The notes under the pieces were generated by a model. It saw only the letters and a program-made list of their open reading frames with translations. It had not been told where the DNA came from and searched no databases. The position numbers and the translations under genes were made by a program. Shown one piece after another: positions 9,461 to 16,789 of a DNA stretch of 37,677 bases. Positions within the stretch are counted from its first letter, which is position 1. The number at the start of each line of letters is the position of its first letter. This stretch comes from Candidatus Caccovivens faecavium (GTDB lineage Bacteria; Bacillota; Clostridia; Christensenellales; UBA1242): the NCBI GenBank assembly GCA_018715545.1, contig DVLK01000003.1, forward strand, positions 1-37,677, written 5' to 3'.

Positions 9461-9487
9461 TAAAAAAACCACACATTAAAGTGTGGA
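9461..9487 (-). terminator. Rho-independent terminator after the PIN-like gene
   Basis: The minus strand reads CCACAC-tttaat-GTGTGG followed by TTTTTTT. Confidence 0.55.
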
Positions 9488-9499
9488 AATAATTTTTAA

Positions 9500-10528
9500 T
9501 TAATATAAATAAAGTTTGCTTCCATCAAAAAAGAAATTCTTGTTATCTAATGATGTTTTTAATTGATATGTTTTATTTCTAATATCTAATGTTAAGTAAA
9601 ATTCTATTAGAACTCTTGTTTCCCCATTTGTATCAGTATAATCTTCGTAAATATAATCTTTCTTTTCGGAATCATATGCTGAATTAAATTCGTTAAACAA
9701 CTTACCACTAAAACTAATATCAGCATTAACTTCGCCAGCAATTACTATCTGATCATTACTGAAATCAAATATACTTGTACTTGGTACATCAAAATTAACA
9801 TCATCAATTTGTATGTCACTTTTAAAGTCATCACTATAAACTATATTTCCTTCAATTTTCGCTTTTATTTTTGACAATACTTGTTTTATATTACATAACT
9901 CTTCTAGAAGTTCTGTTGCTAAACTTTTTACATTAGAAAATATATAGTTTAAGGCTTCTTTAATGTCTTTAAAGAAAATAACACTTTCAATATTACATAG
10001 AGCATCTTTCCAATCTTTATCATTAGAAACTACTATAAATTTCTCATTATGTTCACTTATAAAGTTTAATAAACTTTCTATTATAATCGCATCAGGGAAT
10101 TCATCTTTTTTACCTTGTGTGCCAAATGGTGCATCCCTATTGAAATATTTTTTTATGATGTTATCTATATTGATGTTTTTATTGTCTAATATTATACATT
10201 TAGTATCAACAATATATTTATCTAACAAATTAGTCACATATTTTTTCGTTTCAATTTCTACAGCCATTCTAAGCGAATTTATTTGCTCTACTGTTAAGCC
10301 AATATTGGCATTTTTAATTGTTATATAGGCTAACTTTTTCAATTCTTTTGCCTTTTGATTTATGTGTAGCTTACATTCACTTATAATGATGTCATTGCTA
10401 AATAACTGAACTATACCTTTAGTACAATGTTCTTTTAAATATTGTAAAGCAATATCATCGTTAAAATCAAAATCCTTTGCCTGATAAACATTTGTATCTA
10501 GAAAAAAATTATATTTTATTTTCTCCAT
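9500..10528 (-). CDS. PIN-like (DUF4935/PIN_12-type) predicted nuclease, carried as a moron
   Basis: The N-terminal FFLDTNVY and later EFPDAIIIESL acidic motifs are typical of PIN-like folds. The C-terminal half is unassigned. The gene is very AT-rich and has its own candidate promoter and terminator. Confidence 0.5.
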   Translation of the reverse strand: MEKIKYNFFLDTNVYQAKDFDFNDDIALQYLKEHCTKGIVQLFSNDIIISECKLHINQKAKELKKLAYITIKNANIGLTVEQINSLRMAVEIETKKYVTNLLDKYIVDTKCIILDNKNINIDNIIKKYFNRDAPFGTQGKKDEFPDAIIIESLLNFISEHNEKFIVVSNDKDWKDALCNIESVIFFKDIKEALNYIFSNVKSLATELLEELCNIKQVLSKIKAKIEGNIVYSDDFKSDIQIDDVNFDVPSTSIFDFSNDQIVIAGEVNADISFSGKLFNEFNSAYDSEKKDYIYEDYTDTNGETRVLIEFYLTLDIRNKTYQLKTSLDNKNFFFDGSKLYLY

Positions 10529-10544
10529 AATTCACCTCAAGTGA

Positions 10545-10575
10545 ATTATAACATAAAACCTTACCTATTTTTCAA
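10545..10575 (-). promoter_or_regulatory. Candidate promoter for the PIN-like gene
   Basis: Minus strand: TTGAAA (10575-10570), 19 nt spacer, then TGTTATAAT (TATAAT = 10550-10545). The spacer is long, so this is tentative. Confidence 0.35.
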
Positions 10576-11652
10576 TATTTTCTCCCAAGAAAATTCATTT
10601 CTTCCAAAATGTCCATAGCAAGCAGTTTGTTTGTATATTGGTTTCAATAGATCAAGTTCCTTTATCATATCGCCTGGTCTGAAACTGAAATTGTCTGAAA
10701 CATATTTTTCTATTTCTTCCATTGGTTTCTTGTTTGTTCCAAAGCATTCGATATAAATCGATGTTGGATCTGCAAGGCCTATAGCATAACTCACTTGTAT
10801 TTCACATTCATCTGCAAGTCCGTTTGCCACTATATTCTTTGCAACATATCTTGCATAATATGCGCCTGACCTATCAACCTTGGTAGCGTTTTTGGAACTA
10901 AAACAGCCACCACCGACTCTACCAACTCCACCATAAGTGTCAACAATTATTTTTCTACCGACACAGCCACTATCTCCAAACGAACCCCAAATTGTAAATT
11001 TGCCACTTGGATTTATTATGATTTGAGTACTTGCTCCTATAAGGTGTGCAAATTCGGTCAAAACAGGTGCAACAACCGAGTTAACGATTGTATCTCGTAT
11101 TTCTTCCTTACCTAGTAATTTATCGTGCGACACGCTTAAAACAATTGATGCAATCTCTTTTGGAGCTTTATCTTCATAGACAATTGACACTTGACTTTTA
11201 GCATCTGCAAAATAGTTTTTTGTGTTTCGTCTAAACTCTTCATACTTTTTCATAAGCTTATGTGCAAACATAATTGGCAGTGGCATAAGTTCTGGTGTTT
11301 CGTTTGTTGCATAGCCATACACAATTCCTTGATCATTTGCACATAACTCTTTCTTTACAACTGCTTGATTGATATCTGGACTCTGCTGGCTTATCTCTTT
11401 TATGATTGTAAAATCGCATTGATAGCCAATATCTTTCAAAATATCTTTTGCTATTTTATCGTAGTCAATTTTTGCTTTGGTTGTTGCTTCGCCATAAATG
11501 AATAGTTTATCATTTTTGATTGCACACTCAACCGCCATTTGACTGTTCGGATCTTGCCTTAATGCTTCATCCAGGAAGGCATCAACAATAACATCACAAG
11601 TTTTATCAGGGTGTCCAATATTAACACTTTCGCTTGTTATAACTCTTATCAT
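10561..11652 (-). CDS. metK: S-adenosylmethionine synthetase (phage-encoded MetK)
   Basis: TSESV.IGHPDK, GGGCFSSKNATKVDRSGAY and other MetK signature blocks are present. The start is moved to the ATG at 11652 (MIRVITSE), with AAAGGAG 5 nt upstream. Confidence 0.9.
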   Translation of the reverse strand: MIRVITSESVNIGHPDKTCDVIVDAFLDEALRQDPNSQMAVECAIKNDKLFIYGEATTKAKIDYDKIAKDILKDIGYQCDFTIIKEISQQSPDINQAVVKKELCANDQGIVYGYATNETPELMPLPIMFAHKLMKKYEEFRRNTKNYFADAKSQVSIVYEDKAPKEIASIVLSVSHDKLLGKEEIRDTIVNSVVAPVLTEFAHLIGASTQIIINPSGKFTIWGSFGDSGCVGRKIIVDTYGGVGRVGGGCFSSKNATKVDRSGAYYARYVAKNIVANGLADECEIQVSYAIGLADPTSIYIECFGTNKKPMEEIEKYVSDNFSFRPGDMIKELDLLKPIYKQTACYGHFGRNEFSWEKILKNR

Positions 11653-11686
11653 AAACTCTCCTTTATCAAGTAAATCCATTATGTAA

Positions 11687-12115
11687 TTATAATGGATTTT
11701 TCATTCTTTTATAGGTATCTTTTAATGCATTTTCTAGATGCACTGTATCTAATCCAACATCGTGGTAACCTTGAAGTATCACGTTGTAATAATATCTATC
11801 TGGCATTTGTGGTTCGCCTATGTTCATTATATAAACCAGTGCTTTTGTTTTCTCGCCATTCAATTCTATGTCTAGGAATTCCTTTCTATATAGTCTTGGA
11901 TAACCTTCATATAGGTCGAGTGCTTTCTCACTTTTGGCATCTATTTCCCATATCGCAACAGGCACTATGGAATCTTTTTGTGGTTCTATAGTTGCCACTC
12001 GCCTAAATGTCAATTTATAATCTTTTAGGTTTGTAGTTCCTATCACTTTTGCTGTTGGACATCTTCGAGCCATTTGCTCAAGGTTTAAGTTGCTACCATA
12101 TGCAATGTATTTCAT
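11687..12115 (-). CDS. Gamma-glutamylcyclotransferase-like (AIG2/GGACT fold) protein
   Basis: MKYIAYGSNLNLEQMARRCP ... LDLYEGYPRLY is the characteristic GGCT/AIG2 pattern. Its start overlaps the amidoligase stop by 1 nt. Confidence 0.7.
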   Translation of the reverse strand: MKYIAYGSNLNLEQMARRCPTAKVIGTTNLKDYKLTFRRVATIEPQKDSIVPVAIWEIDAKSEKALDLYEGYPRLYRKEFLDIELNGEKTKALVYIMNIGEPQMPDRYYYNVILQGYHDVGLDTVHLENALKDTYKRMKNPL

Positions 12116-12984
12116 TATGCCACCTCCCTATTTCGCCATGCGATATTTCCATTTAAGTTTGCAAGCAAGTGCTTTCTTGCAGTTTTGAATTCATCTCCAA
12201 TCAACCCTAGTCTTAATAGCCAAGTCCTAAATGTGTATTTGTGATTTGTTGATTCGGTATGCCTTCTTGTCGCACAAGTTTGTGTCTTTGCTTGCTGGCT
12301 AATTGCCAGACAAAGTTGGATGTATGCTTTTATTTTGCCTGCATGTGTTGTGCTGTTGAAGCATCTAAACTCAATTGTTCCTTTCTGCCAAACCGAATGT
12401 AAGTTTAAAGCTCTATATCTCGTGGAACTATAATGAAGGTTAGCTTCATCATTTCCGTTATACCAAATTTTTCTTATAGAATTTATATCTTTTTTTCTTC
12501 TAGTATTAAGTTTATCAAGGAATTTTTCATCTACTTTTTTGCACCATCTATTCGCTCTTTCTTGATTTACATTTAATGCTTCGAATAGTAAGTCCTCTTT
12601 ACTTGACATTATGTTTGCAAGATTTTTTAGACTTTGTGCCGTGTGAGTGCTTGCATCTATGTGAATGTGAATACCTGTGCTTTCATTTACTAGCATTCCC
12701 TTATGCCTTAATTGTCTTACTATTTCTTGTATCTGTTCAATGTCCTCATAAGTGCATATTGGACTAACCAATTCGCATTGTGTTTTTGATGTTCCAGAGC
12801 ATCTAATACTACTATCACTCACAACTTTCCATTTTCTGCCCTTGTTATCTATGATTGAATATGCATCATAAATTCCACCATCATAATGTTCTTGTGTTTG
12901 AAAGTATTGTGCCACAACTCTAGCAGCATCGCATCTAGTCATTCCTGTGAACTCAATTTCTATTCCAAATCTTTGATTTTTCAT
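12115..12984 (-). CDS. Amidoligase (glutamine-synthetase-like Amidoligase_2 family)
   Basis: FGIEIEF..., CELVSP... and GIHIHID blocks are typical of the phage/prophage amidoligase family. RBS is GAAAGGAG. Confidence 0.7.
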   Translation of the reverse strand: MKNQRFGIEIEFTGMTRCDAARVVAQYFQTQEHYDGGIYDAYSIIDNKGRKWKVVSDSSIRCSGTSKTQCELVSPICTYEDIEQIQEIVRQLRHKGMLVNESTGIHIHIDASTHTAQSLKNLANIMSSKEDLLFEALNVNQERANRWCKKVDEKFLDKLNTRRKKDINSIRKIWYNGNDEANLHYSSTRYRALNLHSVWQKGTIEFRCFNSTTHAGKIKAYIQLCLAISQQAKTQTCATRRHTESTNHKYTFRTWLLRLGLIGDEFKTARKHLLANLNGNIAWRNREVA

Positions 12985-13010
12985 TCTTAACCTCTCCTTT
13001 CTAGGTTAAG

Positions 13011-13066
13011 CAAACAATACCGCAAACGGTTTTGCAAGTCCAGAGAAAAACCGAAAGAAAAACAAC
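13011..13066 (-). repeat. Copy A of the roughly 50-nt intergenic element (core AAGTCCAGAGAAAAACCGAAAG), immediately after the C5-methylase gene
   Basis: See 8014-8063. It can fold as CGGTTTT-loop(GCAAGTCCAGAGA)-AAAACCG. Confidence 0.6.
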
Positions 13067-13071
13067 TTTTT

Positions 13072-14403
13072 TTAATTATTTTTTCTTAAAAATAATTGTC
13101 TGAAAATTGCTTCTAAAACAGGCACTACAATTCCGTTTCCTGCCTGCTTATATAGTTGCGTATTACTGATTCCACTTGCAATAACTTTATCAATTTGTTC
13201 ATCTTTCCAACCCATAAGTCGCCAGCATTCTTTTGGTGTCAATTTTCTAATTCTTAGATAATTATTAATACAATGATTTTCCGCTTTTAATACTGTCGAA
13301 CTTGCAGAGTTAGATCCACAATTTGCAGTTTGTGTTGGTGTTATATTAGTCACTTCTTTCTTATTCCAAGGATTAAACAATTCTGGAATATATCCATTCT
13401 TTTCAATAAAATCTTGATACTTTGATGCAATATATTTTTGCTCTTGAACCAGGTTATCCTTTGCTACTGAAGTAAGTGCATTGCTTGTTCCTTGCTTATT
13501 TTCTTCAATGACTTGCCCTTCTTCTCTTCCACGAATAGCAATAATTTTTGTTTCTGTACCACCACCTCCACCCGCCATAATTGTTGGGCTTATTCCATCT
13601 GGATCAAACACTTGGCGAATTTGATTATATCTTTTATCCCAAACTCCGCCTTCAAGTTTCCCTACTGCAATAAGTTTTGGTTCATGAAAATCCCTAGCAC
13701 AAAGAGTTGCACAAATATCATTGCCACCATGTAGCAACCCTTTTCGCTGATTAAATGTTGTGTTAAGTATGCTTATTATCGTTGATGCTTTTAAATAATA
13801 TCTTTCATCAACTTTCTCTTCCAAGACATCTTTTAACCTTGTTTGGAGTTTTTGGCGCTCTGGAAACACAAAAGGTATATGCTCTCCAAGAATAGATACA
13901 GCAAATACTCTTTCCCTGTTTTGTGGAACTCCATAGTCTTTTGCATTGAGAACTTGCGTATATGTTGTATATCCTAGACTTGATAAAAAAGACAACCACT
14001 TTTCGTAGTTGCCTTTAAACTTTTTGCCTATTAAATTTTTAACATTTTCTAATAATAGATATTTTGGAAGAGTTCCTTGTTCCTGTGCTTTTAAAAGTAA
14101 TCTCTCAACTTCCCACAAAAGCCCTGATCTAGTTCCACTTCCTTGTTCAAAACCACGTTGCAAACCTGCAACAGAAATATCCTGACAAGGAAAAGAATAC
14201 GTCCATAAATCTGCATAAGGCAAACACTTTATCTTTGTTATGTCGCCAAGATTATTAACATTTGGATTATGCAAAATTCGATAGCTTTTATCTGCATTTT
14301 TATCATTATCGGATATTGCAACAACTTCGTGTTCTATACCAATGTTTTTTAGTGCTTGGGTTTGCGAACCAATACCTGCAAATAATTCTATAACTTTAAG
14401 CAT
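13072..14403 (-). CDS. DNA (cytosine-5) methyltransferase
   Basis: Motifs I (ELFAGIGS), IV (FPCQDIS), VI (ENVKNL), VIII (QNRERVF) and X (GNGIVVPV) are present. The ATG overlaps the terS stop (TAATG). Confidence 0.9.
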   Translation of the reverse strand: MLKVIELFAGIGSQTQALKNIGIEHEVVAISDNDKNADKSYRILHNPNVNNLGDITKIKCLPYADLWTYSFPCQDISVAGLQRGFEQGSGTRSGLLWEVERLLLKAQEQGTLPKYLLLENVKNLIGKKFKGNYEKWLSFLSSLGYTTYTQVLNAKDYGVPQNRERVFAVSILGEHIPFVFPERQKLQTRLKDVLEEKVDERYYLKASTIISILNTTFNQRKGLLHGGNDICATLCARDFHEPKLIAVGKLEGGVWDKRYNQIRQVFDPDGISPTIMAGGGGGTETKIIAIRGREEGQVIEENKQGTSNALTSVAKDNLVQEQKYIASKYQDFIEKNGYIPELFNPWNKKEVTNITPTQTANCGSNSASSTVLKAENHCINNYLRIRKLTPKECWRLMGWKDEQIDKVIASGISNTQLYKQAGNGIVVPVLEAIFRQLFLRKNN

Positions 14404-14894
14404 TATTTCCCCCTCAGCAAACTTTCCATAATATCATCATTTGGAGATGTGTTATCAAGTTCGGTTAACTTCGTTTCTCTCACAACTTGATAAATTTTTG
14501 CCCATACATCATTTGTCATTTTTAAATACTGTTGTGCAAGAGCCACATATGGATTTGGTATCGGTTTTCCACTGTTGTCTTTTACCAAGAAACCGTGTGT
14601 GCTTATTGCTTCTTCACTTTCAAGCCATCTCGATTTGCAATGAGCATACTCTTCTAGATTGTAAGGAAGTATCCCTTTCGTGCAACCTATTTTAACCAAC
14701 CAATCAACCAAACTTTTATAAATATCTTTTCCTTTTTTAGTTAACCAATTTGGTGGATCTAAAGGAATATCATCTCCATCTTCAAAGTTAAGCACTTCAA
14801 TTTTTCTTCGCCCAGGGTTGCCTTCAAGTATCTTCTCTGTAACTGACTTTTTCGGTCTGCCAGCACCTGGTCTATAACCACCTCTCTGCCCCAT
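14403..14894 (-). CDS. terS: Terminase small subunit, P27 family
   Basis: The N-terminal GRPKKS...GNPGRR and the ...PPNWL...Y..L... pattern fit the family. Its position directly after HNH and the cos-like region also fits. Confidence 0.7.
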   Translation of the reverse strand: MGQRGGYRPGAGRPKKSVTEKILEGNPGRRKIEVLNFEDGDDIPLDPPNWLTKKGKDIYKSLVDWLVKIGCTKGILPYNLEEYAHCKSRWLESEEAISTHGFLVKDNSGKPIPNPYVALAQQYLKMTNDVWAKIYQVVRETKLTELDNTSPNDDIMESLLRGK

Positions 14895-15088
14895 TTTCTC
14901 TCCTTTTTTGATTTATTTTGATTTTTAAATTGATTTTATTTGAATTTTTATGAAATTTGCTAAAACTGCAAAAATAGCAAAAAACACAGTAAATTCAAGG
15001 TTTTTACTGCGTTTTGATGCTTATTTTTTGATTTTTTTGTTTGATTTTTGATTTTGCGACTTTTTGCGTGCGACTGCCCGCCCGCTCT
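14895..15088 (-). repeat. Candidate cos/terminase-recognition region: at least 7 AATCAAA repeats, a hairpin and a GC-rich block
   Basis: The minus strand has multiple AAAATCAAA-type repeats in two clusters. It also has a hairpin CAGTAAA-N9-TTTACTG (plus-strand arms 14987-14993 and 15003-15009). The GC-rich block GAGCGGGCGGGCAGTCGCACGC (15066-15086) stands out in otherwise AT-rich DNA. Confidence 0.45.
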
Positions 15089-15481
15089 TTATTGTTTATC
15101 TCGTAGAGATTTGACCGTCCCTACCCCAAATCTACTTCCTTCTTGAATTGACTTTCTGCTGTGGCAAGACCAACAGAGTGTTTGTAAATTGTTTAGGTCA
15201 TATGGAGCACCACCTTGTTTGATTGGAATTATATGGTCAACTATCTTTCCGACTACAATTGTTCCATTCTTTTTACATTCTTCACAAAATGGTGATTGTT
15301 GGAGTTTAATTTTTCTTATCTTTTGCCATTGTTGAGTTCTATAAAATGTTCTGCTTAATTCATCTCTCTTGTATTGGTTATAAATTCTATTATCATCTTT
15401 TTTATGTTTCTCGCAGAATGTTTCATCAGTAAGTTCTGGACAGCCTGGAAATCTACAAGGTTTTCTTGGTCTATATGGCAT
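15089..15481 (-). CDS. HNH endonuclease (packaging-associated)
   Basis: Motif DHIIPIKQGGAPYDLNNLQTLCWSCHSRK. Its position next to a P27 terS is typical of HK97-like cos phages. Confidence 0.85.
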   Translation of the reverse strand: MPYRPRKPCRFPGCPELTDETFCEKHKKDDNRIYNQYKRDELSRTFYRTQQWQKIRKIKLQQSPFCEECKKNGTIVVGKIVDHIIPIKQGGAPYDLNNLQTLCWSCHSRKSIQEGSRFGVGTVKSLRDKQ

Positions 15482-15494
15482 ACTTCTCTCCTAA

Positions 15495-15549
15495 TAAAAA
15501 ATACAACTCACTTTCGCAAGTTGCATTTTTTCGTGTCACATATATTATA
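15495..15549 (-). promoter_or_regulatory. Late-operon leader: TATAAT box with a poor -35, followed by a terminator-like hairpin ahead of HNH
   Basis: Minus strand: TATAAT (15549-15544), then GCAACT-N10-AGTTGT (15524-15503) followed by ATTTTTTATT, then the HNH RBS. Confidence 0.4.
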
Positions 15550-15604
15550 CGGGCAAAATTTAATCATTTTGGACTAAAATTGTATCATTTTGTCTCATTT
15601 TTTC

Positions 15605-15925
15605 TCAATTTTTTAGAAATTTATTGAAATTTTCGGCAATTTGTATGATTGCTCTATCTTTTTTTCTGTAAATAGTTGCCCTGCTCATACACAATTTTTG
15701 CGCCAAACGCCTTCCTGACATTCCATTAAAAAAGAACATTCTTATAAGTTCTCCATCTTCCTGTGGAAGTCCCGCAATGCAAACTTCAAGTGTTTCCAAA
15801 CTCTCTTTTAAATCTTCAAGTTCCTCTTTCACTTGACTTGGAATGTTCCTCATTTTAATCATATTGACCTGTGCCTTATATTTGTTATAATTCTCTAATA
15901 AATCACTTACCATATAATCTTTCAT
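15605..15925 (-). CDS. Sigma-70 region-4-like / ArpU-RinA-type late transcriptional regulator
   Basis: 106 aa. The C-terminal HTH reads GMSGRRLAQKLCMSRATIYRKKDRAI. It sits immediately upstream of the packaging operon. Confidence 0.5.
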   Translation of the reverse strand: MKDYMVSDLLENYNKYKAQVNMIKMRNIPSQVKEELEDLKESLETLEVCIAGLPQEDGELIRMFFFNGMSGRRLAQKLCMSRATIYRKKDRAIIQIAENFNKFLKN

Positions 15926-16355
15926 ACCTTTTTATAGCCTCCATCTCCAATTTTTTTTCTCTTTCTTCAAGCAATTGTCTTTCTCGTAGTTCTTCAACCC
16001 AGTCAGGCTCTTCTTTCTCTGGATTAAGTTTTGTTTCTATCCAACTTCTTATAATTCCACTTTCTTCCATTTCTTCATCCCAGGACTCTTCTTCACAAAT
16101 GCCAACTAGATCCCAGATTTGCATATTGGCAAACTTTAAGCCTTTCTTGATAAAATAAAGCACTTTTGTTTCGCCAATAAAATCTTTCAATCTAAAATAA
16201 TGCTTGAATTGATATTTTTTATTTTCTGTTATATAAAATTCTAGTTCCTGTTTTGTTTCTCTTTTATTGAAGTTTGATGAAGCATTTTCCATGCATTCAA
16301 TATCAAACTCGGCTTCTTCGGTTATATTAACCTTATGGATTAAATGCTCCACCAT
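15903..16355 (-). CDS. Hypothetical acidic protein
   Basis: 150-aa ORF co-oriented with its neighbours, overlapping the downstream gene by 23 nt. No motif recognised. Confidence 0.5.
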   Translation of the reverse strand: MVEHLIHKVNITEEAEFDIECMENASSNFNKRETKQELEFYITENKKYQFKHYFRLKDFIGETKVLYFIKKGLKFANMQIWDLVGICEEESWDEEMEESGIIRSWIETKLNPEKEEPDWVEELRERQLLEEREKKLEMEAIKRYERLYGK

Positions 16356-16364
16356 ACTCTCCTT

Positions 16365-16643
16365 TTATAAATTTTCTATAACTTCCTTAACTTGTTTGAC
16401 ATCAGTTACCACCAAAGCAATTCCACCTGCTTTTAGCATTTTATTGAGTGTTATTTTTTGAAGAATTGTAAGTTTACCGTTCTTTCTTTTGCATTCAAAT
16501 GCGATGAATCTTCCTTTATAACAAACAATTATGTCTGGTATTCCTGCAGTTCCGAATTGCCCACCGTGTTCTTTCCAATAAAACAAGTTAGGAACTGAAT
16601 CTAAATATTTTTTAATGTTATCAACGAGTGTTTGTTCGGTCAT
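16365..16643 (-). CDS. VRR-NUC domain nuclease
   Basis: GIPDIIVCYKGRFIAFECKRKNGKLTILQK is a PD-(D/E)xK of VRR-NUC type. Size is 92 aa. Confidence 0.7.
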   Translation of the reverse strand: MTEQTLVDNIKKYLDSVPNLFYWKEHGGQFGTAGIPDIIVCYKGRFIAFECKRKNGKLTILQKITLNKMLKAGGIALVVTDVKQVKEVIENL

Positions 16644-16671
16644 ATTTGCTCCTTTTCTTATAAAAGTGCAT

Positions 16672-16782
16672 ATTCACTTTATTCACATCATTCACTTTGT
16701 GAATATCTTGAATAATATTTAAAAATAGCGCTTTAAGAGATTATTTTTGTGTTAAAAGTGAAGGATGTGAAGGTTGTGAATA
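16672..16782. repeat. Iteron-like array: 3x ATTCAC at 9-bp spacing plus an inverted GTGAAT, then 3x GTGAA(G/T) at 9-bp spacing
   Basis: ATTCAC occurs at 16672, 16681 and 16690, and GTGAAT at 16699. GTGAAGG occurs at 16758 and 16767, and GTGAATA at 16776. All lie in the 146-bp gap between the primase-helicase and VRR-NUC genes. Confidence 0.6.
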
Positions 16783-16789
16783 TGTTGTT

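Noticed and set aside
10561-11652. MetK as a host housekeeping gene marking the end of the prophage.
   Set aside because: It is embedded between phage terS and terL, co-oriented and closely spaced with the amidoligase/GGCT genes, and somewhat shorter than typical bacterial MetK. It is phage cargo.
13808-13999. Same-strand alternative-frame ORFs inside the C5 methylase (13808-13999), the primase-helicase (17050-17277) and the SNF2 helicase (20881-21090).
   Set aside because: They are embedded in frames carrying conserved enzyme motifs, with no RBS and no recognisable product.
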